A DNA stretch of 63,814 bases, counting the filler, from Intoshia linei (taxonomy: Eukaryota; Animalia; Orthonectida), in the NCBI GenBank assembly GCA_001642005.1. It is 7 parts of 7 records of this genome, joined end to end, with 100 filler letters (N's around TTAATTAATTAA, not from the genome) between each part and the next. Parts side by side here need not be neighbours in the genome. Positions count along the whole stretch, not along the records: positions 1 to 11,624 come from LWCA01001167.1; positions 11,725 to 34,917 come from LWCA01000567.1; 5 more parts are not named here. One strand, 5' to 3'. The notes under the pieces were generated by a model that worked only from the letters and a program-made list of their open reading frames with translations, was not told the origin of the DNA and ran no database searches. A program made the translations under genes and the position numbers. Positions 1 to 13,640 of this stretch are shown piece by piece. Position 1 is the first letter of the stretch. Every line of letters starts with the position of its first letter.

Positions 1-176
1 ATATATATATATATATGATAATGTAAATAAGTAAACAGCTTTGAGGGTTCGATTGAAGTTAAATTTGATTAATTTCAACTATACTTATATATAATAGTAC
101 CAGTACCTTATATATAATTGTACTGGCAACTGTACAACCTGCCAATATGTTAAAATTTATATTTTTTATATTATTA

Positions 177-1064
177 CTAGCTTACTGTTATGTATTTCGT
201 CAAACATTTAGTGCCGAGGGCGGACTTTTTTAATTCTATTCAAAAATAAATTCAAAGATATAATCCAACTTAAAATGCTAAATTCACTATTATCAATAAT
301 TTAAAGGAGTGGTTTCGAAACTTGTTTCACCATGGACTCGTCATTTCACTTTGCATTTGGGTTTGGATTTATGAATTTATGATTTTAAAAAATATCCCAT
401 AATTTATCCTTTACTTATATAATAATTTTAAAATAAATTGTTATCCCATTTTTTTAATTTATTAGACAGAATAAATTTTGTGTGTAAAGTAAAAACAGTC
501 CAATCATAAAAATTGTCATAAAAATTGTCATAAATTCCAGAAAAAATTAAATTATAAAAATATATTTTGTCATTTTCAATGATATAATATATTCAGTACT
601 ATTTTAATAAATACTTAAAAATACTAATTTTCGGACCGTTAATTATTTCAATTTTTTTGTTTTAATAAAACATTTCGGAAAAAATATATATGAATCATAA
701 AATGCTTTTTTGAACATGAAGGCGTCACTTATTCGGATTGAAATTTTTTGTGTGTTAACAGGATACAACTGTACCACCTGTAATTTTTTTTGGTATTCTA
801 GGTCTGTTTTCATTAAAAAAAGAAGGGTAATTTGGGGTTTTCGCCCTGAAGATATCATTTTTTAAATTCTCCAACTCATTTTGATTTTCAAAAAAAAAGG
901 ATAATTGGGCTTTTTGACCCGTAAGATGTGAGTTTGGGAGGTTGAAATTTATCTTACTAACACCCCGGAAAAAACGGATTTTATAAAATTCTAAGATTGG
1001 TAGTTACCGAAATAAACGATAACGCACACACACAGGCAAACAAAGCATATTATATAAGTGAGGA
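177..1064 (-). mobile_element. Non-autonomous Helitron-like element, near full-length copy
   Basis: Minus-strand 5' end reads A^TCCTCACTTATATAAT (1064). The 3' end is CTAG^T at 177-180, next to the family GCCGAGGGC motif. There is a subterminal (CA)n tract. Internal blocks recur more than 10 times in the window. Confidence 0.75.
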
Positions 1065-1306
1065 TTATGTATCATATGTAGGGTGTCAACTTTTTTTTAA
1101 ATTGAAACGTGTAGCAAAAATATCAATTAAAATTATTTCATTTAAAGAATACCATTTAAATTGTATAGAAGTAATTATATACATTGTATATAATTCATTA
1201 TTTACAATTTCGCTGACAGTAAGAATACATTTTTAAATTTTCTGTTTTGCTTATTAATAAAATAATCCAAAAAAATTTTTTCGTTCACCCCAAAATTTGC
1301 CTATAG

Positions 1307-4300
1307 ATTGGTGTACGTCTAGCTTCTACATATAAATCACGACAATTTTTGAAGTACAGTATACACAACCCACTCAATTGTATTACAAAATTGATATTAC
1401 AACTTTCTACCGAGATTGCAAAGCATTTTTGTAATTTTTTTTTTAATCAAGTTAAAATTTTATTGTAATACGTAATCGGATATAATACTAATAATTATTG
1501 TAATTAGATTATGTATATTCAACAATATTTACTTCAAATGGTGTATTATTTAAAGATATACTCGGATATCATTTTGGTTTTTCGAACTTTTGGTATATAG
1601 TAGTGAATAGTTTTTAGGTTTTTTAAAATATCATTATTGACACACTTTATTTACATTTAAAGTAAAACTATTATTTACCCATACTTCTATGTTTGAAGTT
1701 TCATCTATACAACTGCTAATTTGCTCCGGAAATACACTATACAGGAGTGTGTACGGTAGTGTAGTATATAACGTAGTAGTAGTATATAGTGGTAATAAGT
1801 ATTATAGTACTCTTTATACTTTACGTTTTTTATGTGTACAAGAGAAAGGTAAATGATAGAGGGTTTACTTTGCAATTAAAATGCAATTTAGTAAGGTACA
1901 TTTATATCCATACACACCAGCTGTACTCATGCCAGCCCTGTTTATATAATAAAATTATTATTTTAGGACACTGTGTGTGTTGATTTAAAAAAAATCCAGG
2001 AAATTTACACCTTAAACTGTGAGTGCAACATTATCTGTACAGACGACGATCACGTATCAATAATTTTTCCTATTTAAATTATTTTTAGGTGATTCGATTT
2101 TCAGACATCAAATATACAATCAAATTTGTTTCATTTATTGAAATGATTTATAGATGTCGCATAAATTCTAATTTGTCCATATGCCAAACTATTCGATCAC
2201 CAATGTGCCAATATTTACACAAAAAGCTATATCACAATGTACAAAGGTTACATTGATATTGAAAATTTAATAATTTAAATAGTGTATTCATTATTTATTA
2301 CAGTAACTATCTTTGATGGTTAAAAAATCGTTTAATTTATTAAAACCCAATTTGTAATACAATTTTTTGAAATTGGTGCAGTATCACAAATTTTATTCGC
2401 AGAAATTGAGGGCTTCAGGGTCAAAAACCTCATTCCCTTTTTTAAATAAAAAATATCCTTTAATTTTAAAAACACAAATTCAGGGTTTGTTTGAAAATCA
2501 TCAACTTTATCATAAATTGGAACCTCAAAAACTTTCATATTAAACGCCAGAGGCCAGATATATCTAATACATTTATATGATATCTAATTTAATGTATTTA
2601 ATCGGTTCACCGCGGTGGTACAATCACTTTGAGTAGGAAGGACATTAAAACGCATTAATACTAATAAATGTATATTTTGTCTAGGCCACTTTTGGCTAAG
2701 ACTTTCAGAAATCGGTCTCTTGTTTTATTATTTATAATTAGAATCGATTCATTGACTGAAAAATTGAAAATTTACAACAAATACAATACGGAAATAAATT
2801 GGTTAATCCGTGTTGTACGACGCGAAAAATGTTTCAAATATGGTTTAATATATATTGACACAGAAGGACAAGTTTATACGGATGAAATTGTTTATTCAAA
2901 ATCACAATATTCTCTAAAACAGAAAAATGAAATTAATGGCTTCAAAACCATGGATCAACTGCTAGACTATTTACAAACTCCATCAAACGCATATTTTTAC
3001 AAACTGAAACAATGTTTGGATCCTAATGAAAAAGGTTTATTTTATTGGATAAAATTATTACTATGATAAGTCCATATAACTCCATATCACAGGGTAATTT
3101 TTTTAAGCTAATTTGTCTATATTATTTATTATTAGTAATGTGGTTAATGTAATGTAATTACATAATTATTTGCATTCATTAAGAATTAAATTGCCAATGT
3201 GGTTCCCTCATCTCAAAATTCGGTTCTACAATCTTTAAATGTATTATAAAATTAATTAACCATTTAGAAAAAGATTATTCGACAATAATATCCAAAGTCA
3301 ATTTGCAAATAAGCAATGTAAATGGTAGTCAATTCATAAAACCCGAAAATTTGAGATACCTAACCGAAGAAGAAAAAATAAAATTTGCTCCAGATTGTCC
3401 CATGTTTCTCAATTTAAACGTTTTGGAGAAAAAAAGCCTAGTTTATTCAATAGACCTACACCTAATGCACGCACATTCTAAAATAGCTGTAAGATGTTTA
3501 TTATTATATATAGTACTAGCTTGGCTGTTTTGTACTACGTACAAACAGCACCTAGCTCTGCCGAGGGCACTCTTTTAATATACCAAAAAAATAAATTCAC
3601 GTTAAAAATTTAACTTAAAAATCCTACTATTAACTATTATCAATCCTTTAAAGGAGTGGTTCCCAAATTTTTTTTAATTTTCGGACTATTAATTATTTCA
3701 CATTTATTGTTTTAATAAAATGATTCGGAAAAAAAATATATGAATACTAAAATGCTTTTTTGACCATGAAGTCGTCACTTATTCGGATTGAAATTTGTTA
3801 TGTGTGTTAACATGATACAACTCTACCACCTGTAAATTTTTTTAAATTTAAATTTATGATAATGTTTATGATTTTAAAATCCGCATCAGCGTATATATTT
3901 TTTTAAATTCTCGAACTCGTTTGATTTTCAAAAAAAAGACAATTGGGATATATATTTTTTTAAATTCTCCAACTCGTTTGATTTTCAAAAAGAGGGACAA
4001 TTTTTTAACTTCTCTAACTCGTTTAATTTTCAAAAAGAGGGACAACAGATGTTTTTGACCTTTAAGATGTGAAATTGGGAGGTTGAAATTTATGTTATTA
4101 TACGTCCCGGTAAAAACTGTAATTGAAATGTGGTCTTTAAAAAATTTAAAGAGTGCTAGTTATTTCAAAAAAGTAACACACACACACAGACACCCAAACA
4201 AAAATCGCGTCGCATTTTATATAAGTCAGGATACAATGTATAATATACATAGTACAGTACAACAGTGGCGACTCTGGCTAATCGAGATCACTCGGGCTAA

Positions 4301-7093
4301 AATTTCTATGACAACCACACCTTATTTTTCAAATTATATTTGAAAATAATAAATATCAAAAAAAAAACAATAAAAGGTATCTCACGCGTCATTTTACCCA
4401 CTCTGCTTTTATATCTAACTAACTTAGATTTGATATTAGAACTAAAATTGCGATAATATAGCGTACATGTTTATTTAGAATACTCTACAATTAATACAAC
4501 AAACCAAAGAATTGTCTAATTTTTTTGTTAATTTAAAATCCTTCTCAATGTCACCAAAGGTTCAATGGACAATCGAATATACCGAAAAGTGTTCTCCGCT
4601 TACCTTGGAATATTACATACAACACAATAATTTAAGTATTGAATCAAGAATAGCTATTTTATTAAATATTTCTCGCATGATTCATAAATTGGTAATATTA
4701 TACTATTATTATAAAGGTATTTTTCACCGGGAATGCGTTGATTTCTGAGGTTGAAATATTGTATTTAGAACAAGTGAAATAAGCTGTATTAAAATTCTTT
4801 TTTTAAATTCTAGCACCATTAATTACATCATATTTTCTATTTTAACAAAATAATATTCAAAAAAAAAGAGTAAATAGTAAATTGTTTTTTTGACCTTGAA
4901 AAACTCAAATTCTGAAAATTAAATTTGGATAAACCATCGATCCTGAAAAAGTTTCAAAAAGTCTTGTATCAGAAATTGGGTTTTTTAAATTCTAGCGCAT
5001 TTAATTTTTTAATTAAACGGTAACACACACACTAACATTACATTTGTACTGGTAAAGAATATGTAAGAAATTTCTTTTAGTAGTAATGCGCGTAAAATTG
5101 GAATACTCGTATGAAGAATTCCCGTGTACATATATTTTGGTACGGTCCGATTCGGACCATACGTTAGTTAATGATATATCCAATCCAGACTCCGGATTCT
5201 AATTTATAGAACTATTTTTTACACATTTTTACAATAACTTTTACATTTACTCAATAATAATTTGCATAAATTTGTAGATGAATTCTGTGTACTCATCAAT
5301 GGACATTTATTTGAGAAGCAATCAAATCATTATTTATGACTTGAATAATGTAAAATTTCAAGTTCCAGTTTTGTATCAATATTTAAACGAATTACCCGTT
5401 ACTCATGTATATAATATAGAAAGGTATTTTCCAATCATTAAGAATTACAAATTACAATTAAAGCAATATTATTTACAATGTACTAATCCAAATATGTAAG
5501 GCTGCTAGTTTTGCTGATACCGTCACATTTTACTAGTTTTTCTTATTAGCATAAAAATATTAGTAACAGCATTAATATTTACTGATATCATTGCCGCAAC
5601 ATTAAATACTTTAAAATAGGACTTAAAAATCATTGTTGTAATTGTAAACTTCATTATAACAATAATTATTTTAATTTTAGTATACAATTTAGGTTGTGAA
5701 TAAGATTAATGAAATATTATATCGAAATAACGAAATTATTGAAAAATAATGATTGAAAATATATTAAAAATTATTTTGCACTGGGAATGCGTAGATTTCT
5801 GGAGTTGAAATTTTGTATTTATATCAACTGGAATAAGCTCTATCAGAATAATTTATTTTTTTTAATTTTCGGACCGTTAATTATTTCACATTTTTTGTTT
5901 TAATAAAATCTTTCGGAAACATAATATATAAATACTAAAATGCTTTTTTGACTGTGAAGTCGTCACTTATTCGGATTGAAATTTTTGAAATTCTAGGGCT
6001 ATTTTCATAAAAAAAAAAAGGTTAATTTGTGGTTTTGGCCCTGAAGATATAATTTATTTAAATTTAAATTTATGATAATTTTATGATATAATAATAAAAA
6101 TAATATTAATTTATTTAACTCAATTCGTCATAACAGGTTAACAGTAAATATTCTAAATAAATTTGTCTCAGCTATAATTATAATTATAATTTAACGATGA
6201 GTTTAACTGGAACTATAAATAATATTTATGAAAAATTTTTTTTTTAAATTTTGGTAGCAGCCTTGCAAATATTATAAAATATAAATAAATATTCCAAAAC
6301 TGTTTATTAAGTTATATAATATTAGAGCATAATAGATTTTAACTGAATTTAAATCAAACCACCTTTTGAGCGACGATATTTTTTACATGTCACTGCATTG
6401 TAAAATTTGAAAATAAAAAATTTTTTTTTCAAAACAGGTTGATTGGTGATTTATAACAAATAAAAGTAAATTTTACAACTCAATGATTAGAAATACCTAT
6501 TAAACCGCACCAATTCATATTTTATACAATTATAGTATCTTTGAATTCGCCATTTTCCCCCTCTGTCCTTCGAAATCACGTGTAATCATGCAGTGGTAAG
6601 ATCTACTTTGTAATTGTTACGTATACACAAAGATCTGAGATGGAAGAATGTAATTTTCGTCGGTCAAAAGTTGGCTTGCTTAAATAAACCTTAAAATCGA
6701 CGTTCCGAAGATATATAGTTACTACATTGCAGTGTTTACTTTTTGAAATAAATTTTATAGTTAATAGCGTCGTTTAGAGTAGCTTGGGTAGCACCTGAAA
6801 ACTATGATAATCTATTATTTCAAAATAATCAAAAATCAATGGCATTTTCCTTTTCTATTCTAATTTGGGAAGTATTGTCAGGTAGTAAACCCATTATTAC
6901 AAATAAAATGAGAAGATCATGCGATTTAAATAAATTTTCACCAATACCCAAGGAGGCCGAAAATAACCAATTCATCACAACTCTTATCAATAAATGCTGC
7001 TCAATTAAACGTAAACAAAGACCTAAATGGTCTGAAATTGTCAGCTTACTCAAAAAAGCTTTAAAACGTAATTATTTTTATTTATCGTATTGA
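1307..7093 (+). CDS. JAK: Janus kinase-family protein (FERM-SH2-pseudokinase), multi-exon, 5' end incomplete, no JH1 kinase domain found
   Basis: Spliced exons ~1307-1430, 1967-2053, 2089-2246, 2742-3034, 3268-3488, 4479-4691, 5278-5423, 6778-7093. KFVSFIEMIYRCRINSNLSICQTIRSP...HNVQRIDSLTEKLK matches the JAK FERM-SH2 junction (SFVSLIDGYYRL...CKEVAPP...HGPISMDFAISKLK). SH2-like segment WLIR...FKTMDQLLDYL...LKQCLDP, then QFIKPENL. IERVAWVAPE...FSFSILIWEVLSGSKP resembles JH2 ERIPWVPPE...WSFGTTLWEICSGGDKP. Confidence 0.75.
3516..4231 (-). mobile_element. Non-autonomous Helitron-like element in a JAK intron
   Basis: CTAG at 3516 followed by the hairpin GCTGTTTTGTAC-TAC-GTACAAACAGC and GCCGAGGGC. 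The other end is ...TATATAAGTCAGGA (5'-TC on the minus strand). Internal ~45-60 bp repeats. Confidence 0.8.
4722..5040 (-). repeat. Helitron-family fragment (intronic)
   Basis: Shares CACCGGGAATGCG..GATTTCTG..GTTGAAAT and the ACACACAC terminal block with copies at 5780, 49780 (reverse complement) and 62480. Confidence 0.6.
5760..6087 (-). repeat. Helitron-family fragment (intronic)
   Basis: Contains the family blocks TTTTCGGACCGTTAATTATTTC and GAAGTCGTCACTTATTCGGATTGAAAT, also seen at 630-740 and 3680-3800. Confidence 0.65.
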
Positions 7094-7249
7094 CTGATAC
7101 AGAGTTATAAAGTTTACGTGTTTGCTCGAAATTATTTAAAAAAACTAAGATATTTAAAATTAAAACAAACCATTTCTTGTAATGTTTTCATGGATAGTAT
7201 AGTGGGTACATATAGTGAGTAATACCCACTTGGTATATACGGTTTATAC

Positions 7250-8599
7250 CAGGGGCTGCCAAACTCATTTTGCCTACCGCTCCCTTTCTAGCAATATATT
7301 TTCGACTACGTCGTATATATATTTAAAAATTTACTCATTATGTGCAAAGTCGATATTCAATAATTAAAAAATTTTATTAAAAAATAATATATTTATTACT
7401 GTCACTTTTTATATCAGTGGATCCCAAAATTTTTATAAAAATATCCCCTTCGAACCAAAAAATTCACCAAGGCTCCACTATATCTATCTAAAATCGTTTT
7501 TAGGTATATAGTGTTGTTATATTTGTTTTTGCACTTTACAAATTGTTTGAACAAAACTTTTCATTTGTGCAGTTTAGTTTAATTTCTATAATTGTTGGCA
7601 TTTTTTATGAGGAAACGAGCTTATTCAAAAAAAATGAATAAATTCTTTCAAATTATTTTAATTAGTTCTACAAGATTTTGTTACATGATTGCTAAATTTA
7701 TTTATATAAATTATATTTTGTTTAGAAAACAAAGATACAAGTAGAAGTCTATTTAATGAATCTAATAGTTCAGTATGTTAAAATGAACCAATGTATGGAA
7801 CCTTGTAAGAATTTCATCAAATAAAAATTATATTGATTCATTTTGCACATAATTTCATTAGACACCTCAATTAAATCAGTTATCTCGTATGGTTTAAATT
7901 TGCTTATGCGAATTACTTTACTATTACTTTTGAAATTAAATTTAAATAATTAAAAACTCTAATTAAAGATTTTGAAAATTTTTAGTTCTAATCAAAACTA
8001 ATTTTATTTTCCCTTGTGATGCCTTAAATTTGATAAGATGTAATCAAAAGATATTTTAGGAGTAAAATTTTGGACCCGATGTGCCAATGAGTAATAGTTC
8101 AATTTAACTGCCAATATCATTGCTCTTTAGGTACAGTTAGTTAAATAAAATTTTCATCGTGTTCTTATTGCAAAAATAAGCAATTTTAACATTTTATCCT
8201 AAAAGCCATACAGGCTGCAGTGACTTGGCGGAACCATAGATTTCACACTGAATACACCATCATCGTATATACAAAAGGTATTGTATTGTTTTTATTGGAC
8301 AGCTATTATTATATTTGGATAGTGTAACACTATTTTATTGTAAACACCAACCGATATTATTAAAACTGACAAATAAGTTATTTTTAATTATAATAATAAT
8401 AATTACAATAATAATGGCTCATATATACAAAGATGTACGTCAAAGAGGAGATATTGTTATCAAATTAATTAGCATAAAGCGAAGAATTATGGAGTTGGCA
8501 CTCAATCGCCAGCCACAAGGATACAAATCAAGTCTAAAGATCGTGGTCCAAATTCTGTTGCCGTTTAATTTTACTTGCATTAAAACATTGCGACCCCTG
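7250..8599. mobile_element. Decayed hAT-like TIR element
   Basis: Termini CAGGGGCTGCCAAAC ... CATTGCGACCCCTG. The flanking 8-mers GTTTATAC/GTCTCAAC match only partly. No intact ORF. Confidence 0.35.
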
Positions 8600-8779
8600 G
8601 TCTCAACTTTAATAACAATTTACAATTCAATTTAAAGTGTATTTTCACATTTGGTTTGGTATTTTTTATCTTCATATGAATTTAAAATGGAACCTTAAAT
8701 CGAAATTATCATTTTATAAATAGTATAGTAAATAAAAATAGTAAAGGTATAACAACATATTGTACATTGTAACGTCTAC

Positions 8780-9350
8780 AACAGCCATTTCAAAAGCTCT
8801 GCCGAGGGCACATTTTTATTATACCAAACAAATAAATTAACGTTGAAAATCTAACTTAAAAATCCTACTATTCACTATTATCAATTTAAATAAGTGGTTC
8901 CCAAATTTGTTTCAGGTAGAACCATCATATCACATTACTTTTTACTTTAAAGTGATTATTCCATCTTAATTTTTTTGTTAACATTTGCGTAAAGAATTTT
9001 AAAAACAATTGTTATCCCATTTTTTTAATTCATTTGACAGAATGTGTATATAATATTAAACATAAAGTAAAAACAGTCCAATCCTAAAAATTGTCATAAA
9101 TAGCATAAATTCCAGGAAAAAATAAAATTAAGAAACCTATTTTGTCATTTTCAATGTGATGACATATATTCAGTATCAATTTAATAAATAAATCCTAAAA
9201 ATTGTCATAAATAGCATAAATTCCAGAAAAAATAAAATTATAAACTATTTTGTTATTTTGAGTGTGATGATATATATTCAGAACCAATTTAATAAATACT
9301 TGAAAATACTAATTATGTATCAATAATTAACGGAATCTTCAGTTTATAAA
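8780..9350 (-). repeat. Helitron-family fragment with an internal tandem duplication
   Basis: GCTCTGCCGAGGGC 3' block and AAAACAGTCCAATCCTAAAAATTGTCATAAA block, with a ~110 bp unit duplicated (9081-9190 / 9193-9298). Confidence 0.7.
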
Positions 9351-9878
9351 CATATTTCAGGCGAATTTTACTAATAATGCAATAAATTGTAATAAATATA
9401 AAAATGATAATAACAAAGTAGTACAGTCAAAATTTCATTTTCTATATAAATGTCTAAATATCTGGTATTTAACGAATTTCTGATTAACTTGGATTAATTA
9501 ACATTTGGATTCACTGTGTGATTTACTGAAATTCACTATTTCGAAATTTTTTTACTGTGATTCACTGTTTAGTGAGACTGAGAGTCAGTATTCTGTATAA
9601 TTATGGTAATAATTACAAATCTAACGATATAAAAGATATTTGATAAGCTTATTTACATAAATTTATCCGGAAACCACAGAGAATTGTAAATCCAATAAAC
9701 GAAACATAAACAAGAAAAAATTTACATCTTTTACTATGTGAATCAGAGAAATTAGTTTATTACACCAAAAAAGTTGTTTACCAAAAAGTGAAGAAAAAAA
9801 TTGTATCTATGAAAATATTACTTCTTTACAAATTAAAATAAAGTACGGAAGTAAATAAAACGTATTATATAACCGAGA

Positions 9879-11229
9879 ATGGTAATGAAAAATAAAATGT
9901 AATATAAAATGTTGTAGAAATCAAAGGAATGTATAGATTGCTGCCTTGATTTATTGAGAAGGTTACCTCCCCAGCAAATTAAGAAAAACGCATATAATAT
10001 AGCCAAATTAGTAAATACGAGGTTTATTTTGTACAACATTTTAGCTACAAGAGGATCCAGACTTGTGTGATGATTTACTATCAGCAGTGGATTTACCATT
10101 AGAAATTAGTAAAGATAATGTTTCTGGAAAGGAATATTTGTGTGGTGATTACAACCGAGACGGTGACTCTTATAGGTAACGTTCATACGCAATTTAATCT
10201 AAAACGTGGGACAATTAAGATCGCCATGGTCAAATCAATATTTCCCGTCGTTATTAGACGGAGTCTATCCATCTACCAAACTCAGAGAATTGGAAATTGA
10301 ATTTAATAATGCCATTTCTATATACAAAAACATGTACGTAGTTTTTATTTATTTTAGGTTCATAATTACATATTTTTATATATAGGTATTACGACGGTGG
10401 TTATAGTTCATGTTATCTATGGAACATGAACGATTTAGACACCACTGATCATTTTGGGCTTTCTTGGCTTATTAAAAAAAAAGGAGACAACGAATCGAAT
10501 GTTTTTGGTGAATGGAATTCAATTCATATCGTCGAAGCCAAAGTAAGTTGAAAACATATATATATATTGGTATTATTATCAAAAAATTTATTTTAGGTTG
10601 ACCAACAAAAAAAAGAATGCAGTTATAAAATTTCGACAACAATTATACTATCCCTCAAAACAACGCGTACCGACTGGGGTGTCGTTAATCTTAGTGGTTC
10701 GCTATCTACTAAGGTATTTTAGTTTATTAAATTTGTAATCAACCAATATTATTCACTTTCGGTGTCCTCTAATATAGATTTGTGGTCACTTGAAGTTTTT
10801 ATCGAAATGACCATCACAAGTGGTCAAAAACATCGAAAAATGGTTTTATATAATTTAAATACACATAGTCTATTAACATAGCCCTCAATTAGTGCAATTA
10901 AATATTATACATTATTTATATAATTATAATTAACTGATAAAGTTAATAAAAATATTATTAGAAATAATATTTCACCTTTCCGTGTTTTTACCATGTTTTG
11001 TGGTACATTTTATTTTTTAATTTATTTATAGCTCATTTATTGTGCTTTTTTGAAATTCATTATGAGTATTAATTATGAATAATTCAACCATATTTAAAAT
11101 CCAAAATAAATGAATTAGAAACAACAATATTAATTATAAATATAAATTTAATTTTTGAAATAGTGTATAAAAAAGGCACCTTACGATAAATTTAATAACC
11201 ATATTGTCAACGTTGGAAAATATATTGAG
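9879..11229 (+). CDS. CAPZB: F-actin capping protein subunit beta, 3' end truncated at the segment end
   Basis: ATG-only first exon (9879-9881), then a 36-nt intron. Translation gives [72 protein letters not shown] and [11 protein letters not shown]. Confidence 0.95.
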
Positions 11230-11624
11230 GTAATTTATATTTATTCCACAGCACCACACCTACAATATGCAAGGGTGATAAATACATCATCGTGTTCGTC
11301 TGAATGAACTGGTCAAAGTGATATCAATATTATTTATCAATCGCCTCTAGATGTTTTTGAATTGACGTTAAAGTTTCAAAAATTCACATAAATTGGTGTT
11401 TTCAAATCCATCTTAAACACACTTAAAAACTCTTAGTCTGTATTACATGAATCACAATACATAGATAATATATTAATTAATTTCAAACTATATTTTGTTT
11501 ACATTTTGTTATTCAAATACAATATAATTCAAATATAATATATTATAGTTTTTGAGAAGTGTCAAATAATTTATTAGGTCGTTTTTATTGTAACTTTATT
11601 ATAAATCATTATATCTTTACGAAT

Positions 11625-11724
11625 NNNNNNNNNNNNNNNNNNNNNNNNNNNNNNNNNNNNNNNNNNNNTTAATTAATTAANNNNNNNNNNNNNNNNNNNN
11701 NNNNNNNNNNNNNNNNNNNNNNNN
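11625..11724. other. Artificial contig linker N44-TTAATTAATTAA-N44
   Basis: The identical 100-nt cassette occurs six times. TTAATTAATTAA places stops in all six frames. Confidence 0.97.
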
Positions 11725-12932
11725 TGCAAAGGATTGTAATATAAAAATGATTGATGTTAAAAATGTGTTCATACTTTTGGCCTTTTTTCTTGTCAATGTT
11801 ATTTTTTTTTAGCATTTTCAAATTAAGTTAAATTAAGTTAGTATCAACACTTTTATAAATTCGTTGCCGTAGATGTTGTTCAAAATGTTTGGAAAATGAA
11901 AATTTGAAATTTAAAAATTGCGTAGCAATGAAAAAAATTCCGAAGGAATGAATTATGTTGATTTTCACCCATATGAAACGCCATACTATTAGAAATACCT
12001 CGAAACAATTTAAAATTCTTATATAGCTGAAAATCACTTAATGTAGCTTCAGCTGCGTATATTCAATTAAACCATTGTGTACTCAAAAATACACAATTTG
12101 AAAATGCCGCTAAAACTTCTTTATCCATTTGATTTTTTTATAGTACACAACTATTTAATTCCATATTTTTATCATAAAAAAAATATTAATATTAAATTCA
12201 CATAAATATCGAATGTATTTTATATATTGTTTAAAAATTACCAAACAGGCAACGTGTATTTAACACATAATTAAGTTGTAATAAAATTTGTACCGACTAT
12301 TATTTAAATTTTTACTGTTAAATGTCGTATTTAATCTTAAGGATATTCACCTACCAAAAGTCATTAAATGGTAAAAATATAACCTAGCGTGTTTGTTAGT
12401 GGGGTAATTGAAAATGCAATGGCTAGAGCAGAAATTAATTAAGTGGAATACTCAACAAGCAGAAATCTTTGGCATTGATTATAAGACGCTTTATGACATA
12501 TTACTGAGATAATCACCGAATAAAATTATTGTAGCATTATTAATAATTCATTTGCTAATGGAGTAATGGTTAAATGTCAAAGTATTTGTAGTATATAAAT
12601 AGTCCAGTTTTAACCCCATTTACATTAAGATAGTTAATATGCCTAATCCACTGTATTCAAGTAGCTTTTGTATTATTTTTAAGTGAATTTACATTATTTT
12701 GAAATTATTGTCTCAAAAATTGCGTATATATAATAGCCTGCAGCATTTATTTAAAATTATTCATTTTTATGAATGGACCATTTTACAAAAAAATACGTTT
12801 ACGTACTTTTAGATGGTATTGAATTTAAATGTGATTTTTAATTTTTATTGTCTAGAAATTCAACAATTGCAAGGCTGATGCTAGTATATATTTTATTTTT
12901 ATGGGTTTTTATAGTAATTTCTATAATAAATA

Positions 12933-13640
12933 TCCTTACTTATATAATATTCTACGCATTATTTGTTTGTGTGTGTATTGCACTTTATTTCAATAACTAC
13001 CAGTCTTAGAATTTTATAAAGTCCACATTTCAATTCGTTTATTTCAATAACTACCAGTCTTAGAATTTTATAAAGTCCACATTTCAATTACAGTTTTTTC
13101 CGGGACATATAATAAGATAAATTTCAACTTCTCAAACTCACATCTTACGGGTCAAAATTACCCATTGTCCTTCTTTTTGAAAATCAAACGAGTTGAAGAA
13201 TTTAAAAAAATATATACGCTGATATGGATTTTAAAATCATAAACATTATCATAATTTTAAATGCTGATGCGGATTTTAAAATCATAAACATTATCATAAA
13301 TTTAAATTTAAAAAAATACACTGATGCGGATTTTAAAATCATAAACATTATCATAAATTTAAATTTAAAAAAATTAGATTTTCAGGGCCAAAACCACAAA
13401 TTACCCTTCTTTTTTTAATGAAAACAGCCCTAGAAATTCAATAAATGAATTTAAAAAAATTTCAATCCGAATAAGTGATTACTTCACGGTCAAAAAAGCA
13501 TTTTAGTATTCATATATTTTTTTCCGAAATATTTTTATTACAAAAAATGTGAAATAATTAACGGTTCGAAAATTAAAAAAAAAAAATTATTCTGATATAG
13601 CTTATTCCAGTTAATATAAATGCAAAAGTTCAACCCGAGT
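12933..13640 (+). mobile_element. Helitron-like element, 5' portion, with internal tandem repeats
   Basis: Begins A^TCCTTACTTATATAAT, then a (TG)n tract. It is the reverse complement of the 177-1064 and 3516-4231 copies. It has a duplicated ~54 bp block at 12984-13088 and three copies of GATTTTAAAATCATAAACATTATCATAA. Confidence 0.75.

Noticed and set aside
3840-4060. Regularly spaced repeats superficially like a CRISPR array
   Set aside because: The units are degenerate, have no unique spacers, lie inside a dispersed eukaryotic TE, and there are no cas genes.
7201-7230. Hairpin AGTGGGTA...TACCCACT downstream of the JAK stop (and GGTCCGATTCGGACC at ~5144)
   Set aside because: These are short isolated stems, most likely TE remnants or chance. 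They show no SECIS, tRNA or snRNA features.
13224-13418. ORF with a repeated DADFKIINIIINLNLKK peptide
   Set aside because: It is a translation of Helitron internal tandem repeats, with no evidence of a protein.
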